From: Prorocentrum cordatum
Lineage: Eukaryota
NCBI GenBank assembly: GCA_963575745.1
Contig: CAUYUJ010000240.1
Location: forward strand, 1-64,000
Reading direction: 5' to 3'
Length of the DNA: 64,000 nt
This document shows positions 1 through 10,669 of the stretch, piece after piece. Both the position numbers and the translations under genes were made by a program. The first letter of the stretch is position 1, and every line of letters begins with the position of its first letter. Below the pieces are notes generated by a model, which did not search any database, had not been told where the DNA came from, and was given only the letters and a program-made list of their open reading frames with translations.

Positions 1-1779
1 GCCGACAACGACTTTGTGGGTCTCGCCCCTGGCTCTCTTCCCGGGGTGCTGAATGAGACCCACCTGGGGGTAGCCGCGATCGCACGCAGCAAAGACCTCC
101 CTGTCGCGGCGTGTCGGGTCGTCGGGGCGCGGGGCGCTCCCGCGCCACGAGAGCTTCTGAAAGCCCGTGTGGTCGTCGATGTTTAACATCTCGACGTACG
201 GCCCCCGAGGGAACGGCAGGCGATGCACAGCCTGCTCGGAAGGCCGGAGCGCGCCGAAGCTGCGCAGCACGCCCTCGTGTGCGGAGTTGGCGATCTCCAC
301 TGCCATGTTGTCACCCATGGCCAGCGCATTAAGGCAGGGACAAACGTCCAACCCCTCAAGGTCTGCCCGCCACGCGTTGAAGCCTCTGAACCGCGAGCTG
401 GGTAGCTTGACGCGGAGGGCGTTGCGGCGTGCACGAGCGGGCGGGACCTTGAACGTGTAGTAGAACTCGCGCAGGTCGTCACACGAAACCACCAGCCATT
501 CCCCGGGCGCGAGCCCCAGGCGGCACAGGAGGAAACCCTGGCCGAGGCGCTGAGTGCTGGAGGACACGCTGCTGCAACGACTGTTTACTACCGTCGGATT
601 CAGGATGAGACGGTCATGAGCCTCGTCCTTCGGGACCCTGAACGCTCCACAAGCCTCGTCCCAGGCGAGGTTGTCGGAGGGAGTCAGATACAGGGCGCCA
701 CAAGAGTCCCACTTGCGCAGGAGCTCCCACAGCTGCTCGCGGTCCATGTGCACACGAGCACCCGAAAAGCCCGAAGGCCACTCGTCCTCTGGTAGCCGCA
801 TGACGTCGGGGTCATGAAAGGCGGAACGTACCAGATCGTCGGACAAGTACGGAGTGGGATCAAACGTAGGAGAGTAATCCCACTTGATGCGGGACGCCTG
901 GACCCGAAGGTCGAAAGGCTCAGCCTGGGTGGAGTCCCAGCCTGCCGCGGCCGCCAACGAGCTTGCCAGGGGCGTCGCGCTGACGGGGAGTTGCCGCATG
1001 GGGGCGGGCACTTGTGAGGAAGAGGTGAACGAAGCCTCAAGAGCTGCAACATGGGTAGCCAGGCCATGGAGCGAGACTTCGGTGGAGTCGAACTTGGCGA
1101 AAGCCCGACCAAGGCCGCTCTTGCCACCACGGGCAAGGCGAACTGCGATCCGACACAGACGCTCGAGGCGACTGCGAACTCCCTCCTGGCAGGGTGTGAC
1201 CGTTTCCCGCACCCGAGCTTCGGCGGGAGCGAAGCTGGGATGACCCAAGGTGAGCCAGTTGAGCGCAACGACAGCATGCTGCGACAACGTGCGGGCGGCG
1301 CGCCTCACACGCCAGCGCTCCCGCGCGCGACCCGTAAGGTGACCGGGTGGCGGCGGAAGAGGCGGCGAGGGAGGGCACGGCCAAGGATCGCGGGGAGCCG
1401 ACCCCGACAAGTACGAGTCGTCCCATTCCAGCGCGCAGAAAGATGTGCGGGTAAAAGCGGCAAGGGAGCATCGAGTCCCCATCCCGACCTGGGCAAGAGC
1501 AGCGGCCCAGTGGGTGACGTCGATGCTGGCGCCTGGAAACAGGCGCAGCAAGGCGGACAGATCGGCCACGAAAGGCGCAGACCTGCCAGTGCCAGTGCTG
1601 GCACGGGATGTGCTGGGAAAAGGGCAAGGCGCGAAGGGCGCAGGGCGCGCCCCGACGCCCACGCTGGGACCAGGATGGCCAGGAGGAGCGGGGGTAGCGC
1701 CTGGGAGCGATCGAGAATCACCATGGCGGCACGCACGGGGCCCAGCGGCGCCGAAACCGGCGGCGGCGGCCGAGCACAT
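1..1779 (-). CDS. Reverse transcriptase ORF of a probable DIRS/tyrosine-recombinase-type retroelement; runs off the left edge, so it is absent from the ORF track
   Basis: Manual translation: the frame is open from 2304 to 1, with the first ATG at 1779. Motifs: GAFRVPKDEAHDRLILNPTVVNS, SCDDLREFYYTF, LAMGDNMAVEIANSAHEGVL, catalytic LNIDDH, GLIQHPGK. The DIRS assignment is inferred from motif style and the overlapping-ORF layout. Confidence 0.8.
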   Translation of the reverse strand, partial: MCSAAAAGFGAAGPRACRHGDSRSLPGATPAPPGHPGPSVGVGARPAPFAPCPFPSTSRASTGTGRSAPFVADLSALLRLFPGASIDVTHWAAALAQVGMGTRCSLAAFTRTSFCALEWDDSYLSGSAPRDPWPCPPSPPLPPPPGHLTGRARERWRVRRAARTLSQHAVVALNWLTLGHPSFAPAEARVRETVTPCQEGVRSRLERLCRIAVRLARGGKSGLGRAFAKFDSTEVSLHGLATHVAALEASFTSSSQVPAPMRQLPVSATPLASSLAAAAGWDSTQAEPFDLRVQASRIKWDYSPTFDPTPYLSDDLVRSAFHDPDVMRLPEDEWPSGFSGARVHMDREQLWELLRKWDSCGALYLTPSDNLAWDEACGAFRVPKDEAHDRLILNPTVVNSRCSSVSSSTQRLGQGFLLCRLGLAPGEWLVVSCDDLREFYYTFKVPPARARRNALRVKLPSSRFRGFNAWRADLEGLDVCPCLNALAMGDNMAVEIANSAHEGVLRSFGALRPSEQAVHRLPFPRGPYVEMLNIDDHTGFQKLSWRGSAPRPDDPTRRDREVFAACDRGYPQVGLIQHPGKRARGETHKVVVG

Positions 1780-4700
1780 CCAGCACCCCGTTCTACCCGC
1801 CCGACGTGGGCGGCTCCAACTGATTGGGGGTAAGAGGCACCTTGGTCGGCGGGGCCGGCTCGGGGCTGCCCGGAGCCCTCTTGGTCCATGGCAGGGCCAC
1901 CGACAGCTTGGAGCCGAGGAGGCTCGTCGGGGGCTCCGCCTTGGTAGCCGCTGGCCTGGGCGGCGCGTGCACCCCCCTCCGCGGTGACCCCGTCGGCGGC
2001 ACGAGCCCCTTCCTGCGGGGCCGCACCAGCATCGCCGGCAGAGCACATGCCTACCGACGGGGCCACCGCAGCTTCGGCTGAAGCTGAAAACCGTGGCGGG
2101 GCTCCAGCCGCAGGAGGCACGGCAACGGGCGGTGCACTTCCGAAGCGCAACATTGCTGCCGCTTCCTCGCGCACGCTCCGATTGAAGCGCGAGCGGCGGC
2201 TCCCTTGGACAGGGGCCCCAGAAGCGGCCTCTGAAGCACCAGAAAGGGCGTCCGTAGACGAGGCAGCTGCACCAGCATGGGCTGGAGCGTGAGCGGCACG
2301 GCAGCTACCATCGACGGCCCGACGACCCCGCCGTCCTCCACGCCGAGTGCGGACCCGACGAACTCGTCGGAGCCTGAAGGCGGGGAGTGCGGCAGCGCTG
2401 TTGGTGGAGGCCGAGCGGCGTCGGGGCCGCGCTGGAGTGGCAGTGGCTGCGGCGACGCCTTCATCCGAGGAGCCCGCGGCGAAAGCGGCCCCTCGGACAG
2501 AGCGGAACGCAGGGGCCGCATCCCGGGGCGTCGCGGCCGCCGCGGACGAGCCCGCTCCTGACGTCCCACCGGCGGCACGAACCCCTCCCTGCGGGGCCGT
2601 AACAGCATCGCTGGAGGGGCGCATGCCTACCAGTGGTGACGGAGAAGGGCTCAGACCACGAGGGTCGGCCCGCAGGCGCTCGCGAGCGCGAGCAGGGATC
2701 GACGCGGCGAGGCCCTGGATCCGATCGCACGAGAGGCGTCGGGGCCGCGCTGGAGTGGCAACGGCTGCGGCGGCGCATTCGCCCGAGGAGCCCGTGGCGA
2801 AAGCGGCCCCTCGGACAGAGCAGAACGCAGGGACCGCATCCCGGGGCGTCGCGGCCGCCGTGGACGAGCCCGCTCCTGACTTCCCACCGGCGGCACGAAC
2901 CCCTCCCTGCGGGGCCGTAACAGCATCGCTGGAAGGGCGCATGCCTACCAGTGGTGACGGAGAAGAGCTCAGACCACGAGGGTCGGCCAGCAGGCGCTCG
3001 CGAGCGCGAGCAGGGATCGACGCGGCGAGGCCCTGGATCCGATCGCACGAGAGGCGTCGGGGCCGCGCTGGAATGGCAGCGGCTGCGGCGACGCCTTCAC
3101 CCGAGGAGCCCGCGGCGGAGCCGACGAGGCCTGGAGTTGACTCCGCTGCTTGAGTGCCCGCTGCGTTACAAGTGCAAGCGCCCCGAGGCGTAGGGATCGC
3201 AGCTTCGGTCGAGGCTGTGCGGACGGGCGTTCCTGGCGCGTCCACCACGCTACCGATGGCAGCGGGCGCCCTCGCAGTGGTGGGACTGATCGCAAGCGAA
3301 ACTGCGCGCACCGCAGAGGGTCCCCCGAACATCGCCGGGGGCCCGCCATTGGCGAGTCTGGGAGCAGCATCCGGGTCCGAAGTGCTCGAGGCGACCCCCC
3401 GCCCACCGACCCCCGGCGTGGCGGCGAGGGGGGGCGTCAAGGATGACTCGCGAGCAACCGCTGCGCGGGCCGCCCAGGATGTACTGGCGGTGGCGCCTGG
3501 CTCCAATGCAACCGCCACATCGTGGCGCGGCGGGCCGATCGGGGGCGTGGGTGGGCCCCCGCTTAGCCCGAGCGACTGCGAAATGTCAAGGAAGCTTGAA
3601 CGGGCGGCACCGAGCGCAGGAGGTTGCGCCGGAGGCGGGGGCGGGGTCCGCAAGAACGGGATCACGGTTCGCCCCGAATCGGAGGCCCACAGGTGGGTCC
3701 CGGCACTAAGCATGGGGACCCCCACCTCGACAACGGTCGAGCAGGGATGACGCGACGGCGGCATCCGCACGCCCGCCTCCAAACCGGTGAGGTCCAGAGG
3801 CGGACCCGCACACCAGGCCTCGGGACCCGACAGCGCCTCCAGCCCAGGTGGTGGGCGGTGACACCGAGCCGTCGAGGTACCACCTGGCGTAGCGACCAGG
3901 TGAATATTGCTGCCAAGCGCCGGAGTCCCAACCAGCGCAGCGGTCGCGCAGACGTGCGTCGACGGCGGCGCCACGGCGCTGGACTCCAGGCTGGTGAGGC
4001 CCAGAGGAGGCTGAATGGGTGACAGTGGGTGCTCCAACCCTGGCGGGGGTTGGGGGCGCTGCGTCATGGCCGTCGACTCCAGCGCAGCGGATGGCAAGCC
4101 CGTCGCGGCGCCCCAACGATGGCACGGCGGTTTCGACTGGGTCTCAACGCCAGACCAATGACCCCAAAACGGAGCAGTGAGGGGCCGCAGGGGCGCTGAA
4201 GGTGGCACGCGATCGCTAGCCTCATCCTGGGACGTCGGCGGAATCAGAGTCCCCCCCAAGGGTCTGGCGCACGAGCCTTCAGGTGCGCTCGCCAGCAAGG
4301 CGACCGGCTCGAACGACGAAGGCAAGACCGCCGCATGGGCACCTGCGATCTGATGGGCCGCGTTAGACGGCCTCCGTGTGTCCGCTGCACACGCGGGGCC
4401 CCGGGTGAGCCGCGGCGCTGCGAGGTAGGGAGGGGGAGGGGCGAGGAGGTGAAGGTTAGCAGGATTCCCCTCATCCGTCTCCCCCACCCTTCTTGCGGTT
4501 ACCTTCGCGCGCCGCGCCTCTACGTCTTCGATCCGACCGGCACGGAGCGGCGGGCACTGAGGGTTGCGCGGCGGCTGACGTCTGGCACGGGCCGGCGGGC
4601 ACTGAGGGTTGCGCGGCGGCTGGCGTCCACTGGCGAGTGCGGGCTGAGGCGGTGCAACTCGCGAGGCACCCGAATCTAATGCGTCCTCCTCCTCGTCCTC

Positions 4701-4802
4701 CTCCCTGCCCGCACCCCCCGTGTGCGGAGAAGAAAGGGGGAGGGGAAAGGAGAGGAGTGTTTGGAGGAGCTCAGCCGCTGGCGCCGTAGGGCACGACGCC
4801 AT
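1305..4802 (-). CDS. Low-complexity Ala/Pro/Arg-rich ORF1 (gag-like position) of the same element, overlapping the RT ORF
   Basis: 1165-aa open frame upstream of the RT frame and overlapping it; contains an in-frame 106-aa tandem repeat. No recognisable domain. Confidence 0.5.
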   Translation of the reverse strand: MASCPTAPAAELLQTLLSFPLPLSSPHTGGAGREEDEEEDALDSGASRVAPPQPALASGRQPPRNPQCPPARARRQPPRNPQCPPLRAGRIEDVEARRAKVTARRVGETDEGNPANLHLLAPPPPYLAAPRLTRGPACAADTRRPSNAAHQIAGAHAAVLPSSFEPVALLASAPEGSCARPLGGTLIPPTSQDEASDRVPPSAPLRPLTAPFWGHWSGVETQSKPPCHRWGAATGLPSAALESTAMTQRPQPPPGLEHPLSPIQPPLGLTSLESSAVAPPSTHVCATAALVGTPALGSNIHLVATPGGTSTARCHRPPPGLEALSGPEAWCAGPPLDLTGLEAGVRMPPSRHPCSTVVEVGVPMLSAGTHLWASDSGRTVIPFLRTPPPPPAQPPALGAARSSFLDISQSLGLSGGPPTPPIGPPRHDVAVALEPGATASTSWAARAAVARESSLTPPLAATPGVGGRGVASSTSDPDAAPRLANGGPPAMFGGPSAVRAVSLAISPTTARAPAAIGSVVDAPGTPVRTASTEAAIPTPRGACTCNAAGTQAAESTPGLVGSAAGSSGEGVAAAAAIPARPRRLSCDRIQGLAASIPARARERLLADPRGLSSSPSPLVGMRPSSDAVTAPQGGVRAAGGKSGAGSSTAAATPRDAVPAFCSVRGAAFATGSSGECAAAAVATPARPRRLSCDRIQGLAASIPARARERLRADPRGLSPSPSPLVGMRPSSDAVTAPQGGVRAAGGTSGAGSSAAAATPRDAAPAFRSVRGAAFAAGSSDEGVAAATATPARPRRRSASTNSAAALPAFRLRRVRRVRTRRGGRRGRRAVDGSCRAAHAPAHAGAAASSTDALSGASEAASGAPVQGSRRSRFNRSVREEAAAMLRFGSAPPVAVPPAAGAPPRFSASAEAAVAPSVGMCSAGDAGAAPQEGARAADGVTAEGGARAAQASGYQGGAPDEPPRLQAVGGPAMDQEGSGQPRAGPADQGASYPQSVGAAHVGRVERGAGCARPPPPVSAPLGPVRAAMVILDRSQALPPLLLAILVPAWASGRALRPSRLALFPAHPVPALALAGLRLSWPICPPCCACFQAPASTSPTGPLLLPRSGWGLDAPLPLLPAHLSARWNGTTRTCRGRLPAILGRALPRRLFRRHPVTLRVARGSAGV
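2413..3120. repeat. 318-bp tandem repeat (~2.2 copies) inside ORF1
   Basis: Unit GAG(C/A)GGCGTCGGGGCCGCGCTGGA starts at 2413, 2731 and 3049; the period is a multiple of 3. Confidence 0.9.
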
Positions 4803-5276
4803 GACGACAGGCGCCTAAGGCTAGGCCGCCTGGTGGGCGCCCCCCCCAGCAGGGAAAGGGGCCCGCTAGGGAAACTGGCGGGAGCCAGTGCAAAGTACCG
4901 CGGGCGCACGCTGCCAGGGAGCAGCGGCGCCCGAGCGGAAAGGGTGAACCTTTTCCGCCGCCGACAGCCGCGGGAGGCGGTCGGCCGCGCCCCGCGCGAG
5001 CTCGGTCCGGCGGGGCAAAGGTGCGAGCCCCGCCCAGTCCGAGCGCGCAGGAAGCGCCGGGACAACCGCCTTTGGCGGCGTCCCGCGTGTAGCCCAAGAG
5101 GAAGAATACCGCCGCGTAGAAGTCGAAGAGACCTGCGCGGCGGTGGCGGGCGCGGGCCCCTCGGCGCCTCGGCCGCGCGCGCGGCGGGGCGGGGAGGGGG
5201 GCGAGCGCCGCAAGCTTAGGGCCGAGAAGCTGCAGACGACTGCAATCAGCGGGCGCGATGGGGATAAGAAGGAGCA

Positions 5277-5285
5277 TGATGGATG

Positions 5286-5317
<32 letters not shown>

Positions 5318-5763
5318 GATGATGACGATGACGATAACGATGATGATGATCATGATGATGATGATGACGATAACGATGATGATGATGATGACGATGACGA
5401 TGATGATGACGATGATGATGGTGATGATGACGATGACGATGACGATGCCGATGATGATGATGATGATGATGATGATTACGATGACGATGACGATGACGAT
5501 GACGATGTCGATGATGAGGATGATGATGATGATTACGATGACGATGACGATGGCGATGATGATGATGATGACGATGACGATGATGATGATGATGATGATG
5601 GATGATGATGATGATGACGATGACGATAACGATGATGATGATCATGATGATGATGATGACGATAACGATGATGATGATGATGACGATGACGATGATGATG
5701 ACGATGATGATGGTGATGATGACGATGACGATGACGATGCCGATGATGATGATGATGATGATT

Positions 5764-5799
<36 letters not shown>

Positions 5800-6028
5800 A
5801 TGATGATGATGATTACGATGACGATGACGATGACGATGATGATGATGACGATGACGATGACGATGATGATGATGATGGATGATGGATGATGATGATGATG
5901 ATGATGACGATGACGATAACGATGATGATGATGATGATGATGATGACGATAACGATGATGATGATGATGACGATGACGATGATGATGACGATGATGATGG
6001 TGATGATGACGATGACGATGACGATGCC

Positions 6029-6061
<33 letters not shown>

Positions 6062-6171
6062 CACGATGACGATGACGATGACGATGCCGATGATGATGAT
6101 GATGATTACGATGACGATGACGATGACGATGATGATGATGACGATGACGATGATGATGATGATGATGATGA

Positions 6172-6215
<44 letters not shown>

Positions 6216-6280
6216 GTGGAGGGGGAGCAGGAGGAGGAGGAGGAGGAGGAGGAGGAGGAGGAGGACCAGGAGGAGGAGGC
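5277..6280. repeat. Compound (GAT/GAC)n microsatellite with ~280-320-bp higher-order duplication, followed by (GGA)n
   Basis: The same order of interruptions (GATAAC, GGT, GCC, GATTAC) recurs three times, separated by ATGGATG phase slips. Confidence 0.95.
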
Positions 6281-7139
6281 GGAGTTGCACAGTATTAACT
6301 GATTTAGTCTGGCTCCCCCCCAGTAGGATCTAGCACGGGGATGAGCTGCGTGGGAACATACGCGCACGGGCCATGTGCGATTGGATTGGATCGCATTCGG
6401 CGCTGGGGTCCAGACTAGAACAAAGTGGAGCTTCTCAAGACCCTCTTCCCTTGGGGGAAGGGTGCCCTCCCCCCCTCATCCCTCGGGTTTTTCGAGGGGG
6501 GGGGGGGGCAGATGGGTTAGAGCGTCCAATAGTTGCGCAACGTAGCCTCGTGAAGGACCTCCGATGCTGCAAGATGCCCCAATATAGCCGAAGATGCAAG
6601 ATAGCCCCCGATGCTCCAGAGGCCCCACAGACCGCTCCAAGACGGCCCCAAGTGCTCTCGGAGTCCCAACAGGACCCTCCCAAGAAGCCCAAATCCTGCA
6701 AACACCGACGGAACATATATGAGTAGTGCCTTCTCGCCTTTTCGCTTCCGATGGGCTTCTGAGGCCTCAAGATGGCCCAAAACGGGGCCCGAGAAGGGCC
6801 CAAGAGGCCACGAGGCTCCCCAAACGGCCCCCAACGCGACCGCGATCGGCCCAACAGCGTATCAAGAGATGATTTAGAAGACCCCCAAGGGGGGGGGGGG
6901 CTAATCTAGGATCCCCCATTCTTTGATCAACGCGCTGCTCAATAGCACCAGAAGGCCTTACAGGGCCCCCAAGAGGGCCTCAAGAGAGCCCCGCGAGGTC
7001 CCCAAGACACCTTTACAGAGCCCTATGAGGACCCCAAGGCCTCCCAAAAGAGCCCCAAGAGGACAGCAACCCGCAAGAGGACCCCACGAGCGCCCCAAGA
7101 AGACCTTAATATGGTTCAACGAGTTCTTTTCCTCATTGC

Positions 7140-7546
7140 CCTCCTCCTCCTCCTCCTCCTCCTCCTCCTCCTCCTCCTGCTCCTCCCCCCTTCGTCGTCC
7201 TCATCCTCGGTCTCGTTTTCCCCGTCATCGTCGTCGTTTTCGTCCTCGTGATCGTCGTCGTCTTCCCCGTCTTCGTCCTCCTCCTCCTCCTCCGCCTTGT
7301 CCTCGTTCCCGTCCTCGTTCTTGCCCTCGGCTTCGTCCTCCTTCTCCTCCTTCTCCTCCTCCTCCTCCTGTTCCTCCTCCTCCTCCTCCTCCTCCTGCTC
7401 CTCCTCCTCCTCCTCCTCCTCCACCTCGTCCGCTTCCTTTTCGTCCCCCTACTCGTTGTCCCCAAGGGGGAGCAGAGAGAACCCCAATAAGTCCTCAAGA
7501 AGATACAACATGGCGTCAATAACCACCCGTGCACTCGTAATCGTGT

Positions 7547-7580
<34 letters not shown>

Positions 7581-7960
7581 CATCCTCCTCCTCCTCCTCC
7601 TCGCCCTCGTGCTCCTCGTCCTCGTTGTCGTCGTCGTCGTCCTCCTCCTCGTCGTCGCCCTCGTCCTAGTCCTTCTCCTCGTCCTTCTTCTTCTCCTCCT
7701 CATCCTCGTCCTCGCCCTCCTCCTCCTCCGAATCCTGCTCCTCCTCGTCTTCGCCCCCCCTTATACTCGATATCATCGTCCTCCTCGTCTTCCTGCTGCT
7801 CGTCGTCGTCGTCGTCCTCCTGATCCTTCCCGTCCTTGTCCTAGTCCTCGTTAATTATGGTCATCGTCATGTTCCTCCTTCACATGTATCTCCTTGCCCT
7901 CGTCCTCGTCCTCGCCACCACCTCCTGATCCTCCTGCTCCTCGTCCTCCTCATCCTCCTG
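7140..7960. repeat. Degenerate (CCT/CGT)n microsatellite tracts
   Basis: Seen directly; explains the poly-E/R/L/P ORFs. Confidence 0.9.
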
Positions 7961-8504
7961 GTTCTGCTTGCCCGGTTCATTTCACCCATTTCCCCGTCAT
8001 TATCATGGGCAACGCTTCTGCATAGGGTGGCGGGGATGCGCGAAGCGTGAAGAATTGTTGTAGCACCTTCGCGACGCCTTCGGCGAGAACAGGGTGAGGT
8101 CAGACGGCATTGCCCTCGAAACCCCAAACGAGAATTGGAACGTCATAAGGGGGACCACGTCATGTCCTCATCATCGCCGCCGCTGCTGCCATCAACGAGT
8201 ACCGCCGGAGGGCGATTTGACAGCCTACAAGGCAGCACGAGATAACGATGTTGAGTCTGCCGGGCAGAAAGGGGATCGCATGCGCCTGACTCTTTTGGTG
8301 GCCAGACGATTCAGATGGACATGACACGCTACGCGTTGAAAAGGTTTGTGGTTGGGTCTGGATTAGACCCAAATCGAGGAGGGAGTCCATCAAAAGGGGA
8401 AGCAGGAATATCATACTTTCACTGTCTACACGCACGCGCGTACCCAGGCAGATAGTGACAAAAGTGATGCTTCAAAGGATCGCGCTCCCTTGAAACCCCA
8501 ACTG

Positions 8505-8649
8505 AAGAGGAGGAAGAGGAAGAGGAGGAGGAGGAGGAACAATGAGGAGAGGAGGATGGGGAGGAGGAGGAGGAGGAGGAGGAGGAGGACGAGGACGAGG
8601 AGGAGGAGGAGGAGTGGAAGGAGAAGGAGGAGACGGAGGAGGAGAAGGA
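8505..8649. repeat. (GGA)n microsatellite, the LINE insertion site; continues at 16659-16735
   Basis: Seen directly. Confidence 0.9.
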
Positions 8650-8690
8650 ACCCACGCCTCAAGGAGAGTCCCCATCCCAGCCGCACCGCT

Positions 8691-10669
8691 CTAAGCAGCA
8701 CGAGGCGCGCCGCCCGCGGCCCGCGCGGGGCCTGTCCTCAGGTCCTCCGCCGTGGAGACGAGCTGGTCGCCGAAGTCGTCGTGGTGGAAGCTGGCGACGT
8801 CGGGCGACGAGCCAGCGACGGCAGCACCGTCAGGAAGTAGAGGCCCAGCATCAAGAACAGGACCAGCAAGAAGGACGACACCGTCGCCGTCCGCAGGGAG
8901 AACACCTCCAGCATTTGCAAGATCAGCAGGAAGAAGTGTGTGGTCAGCCATCGCACTGCGAACATGATCGGGGCAGGCGCCACTGTGATCTGAATCGTCT
9001 AGCCCAGGAACGCCTTCACCGCTTGGCAGATCACCAGAACTGACACCAACTGTTGAATCGCCGCCAGCCATCATTGGGATGCAGCTATTGCCAAGGCCGT
9101 CGGTCCGCACATCTTCAGTGGCTGAAGCTGGCACCGCAGGGGTCGTCAGAACCAGGGCAGAAAGCTCCGCATGTTGGTCATCAGGATATTCTGGGTCCTC
9201 TGGTGAAGCAGCAACTACCACAACCTCGGACTGGGCCGCAGCGAAGGCGTTGCCTTCATCCTCTTCCGCTTCCAAGAAAAGAGCCAATCCATCCTCATCG
9301 TCCTCAATGAGCATCGAAGTGCCATTGTTAGCTGAAGTCGCAGCAGCAGGTGGCGAGAAGGAAGCGGCAGCCACAGCATCGGGAGGCACATCATCACCAA
9401 TAACTACACTGCCAGAGGATTGGGCATCCGCAGCGACAGCATCATCAGCTTGAACGTGACCAGGGAGCCTCAGCAGATTGCGGTGATGCTCCCGCAGGGT
9501 TAGCCTGCCAGGAAACGCGAACACGATTGGTAAACCCATTAACACGCGGTCGAGAAGCGCCCAGGCCTTGTCCCCAGCTGAGAAGGCTGAGCAGGGCCTG
9601 ACCCAGATCGGTTGTCGCCCTCGCTGTCCGACCCCAGCAGCTCGAGGTCCAGACCGCCGTCTTCGTCGCCTTCCAGTGCACTACCAGGGTTCTGAAGCAT
9701 CCAGATAACCAGGCTCCGCTGCTCGTCCGAAAGGTCGTAGTTCTCGCTCAGGTAGCCCATCGCGTACGCCATCTGTCGGACTGAGAGCGGCTCTGGAGAT
9801 TCCGGGGCCGATCGAGCGGCATACAGGGCATCACGAACAGCAGCGCTCCAATGCCGAAGTCAATTGAGGGTATCTGCGCTCGCTGTAGCAGAAGCCGACG
9901 AGGTCGCAGGCGCCGCGGCCCCCGAGGGAGAAGCACCCGAAGCACGACTTGCCATTGTCAGCCTCGCAGCGCCACCAACTGACCCATCTGGATATATGAC
10001 CCCAAGCCCGTGCGCCGCCATCGTCTCGTTGAAGCGGTCGTCGGAGCTGCTGGAAGAGGTTGTCTCATGTGGTTCCGCAAGGGAAAGAGGAGCTGCGGCT
10101 GGTAGCCTAGAAGAGGAGGCCGTAGGGCCAGACGGCCCGTCTGTGTCCATCCTCGAGCGACGCGCGGCAGCCTGTACTTGAGCTTCGAATTCCTCGTCTG
10201 TCAAGATCGGCCCAAAATGATGTGACTATTCGTCGGCCGCCATCTCAGTGTCGTCGCCATCGTGGGTGCCCACACCGCTCGCCACAGCAGTAGCCTCCAT
10301 GTGTTCCATGTCCAGGTCTGTGGGCTCAGGGTAGCCGACGGAGTCGACGCTGCGGTTGTCCCCGTCGGGCGGGAACGGAGCGTCGCTGTCGTTGCAGTCG
10401 CCTTCCTCAGGCACAAGGTGCGGCAGCAGGCGCGAGAGTGGGTTGAGCAACATCGGAGGCCCAGACGGAAATACCTGGCGCATTCGAAGGAGGTCAGCCT
10501 TTTCCGCTTCACTAATACACGTCAAATCGGCGGCCCAGTCCCGTTGCCGAAGGTGCGCGAGGGCACGATGCCGAAGGGAGCGCACGCGACGATGATCATG
10601 GATGGGGCCACGGTTGACGGAGATGCTGGCGCGCCTGTTCCCTGGGAATTGCCGACGAGTACCAGCCAC
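8691..10669 (-). CDS. Abutting acidic/disordered ORFs in the LINE 3' extension (10226-10669, 9860-10204, 9539-9772, 8691-9545)
   Basis: Co-oriented, D/E/A-rich and inside the TSD-bounded unit; possibly one frameshifted tail. Function unknown. Confidence 0.45.

Noticed and set aside
5216..5238. SL-like sequence upstream of the DIRS-like ORF1
   Set aside because: Too degenerate to distinguish from chance.
4866..6367. Poly-H/D/M/I ORFs
   Set aside because: Translation artefacts of the GAT/GAC microsatellite.
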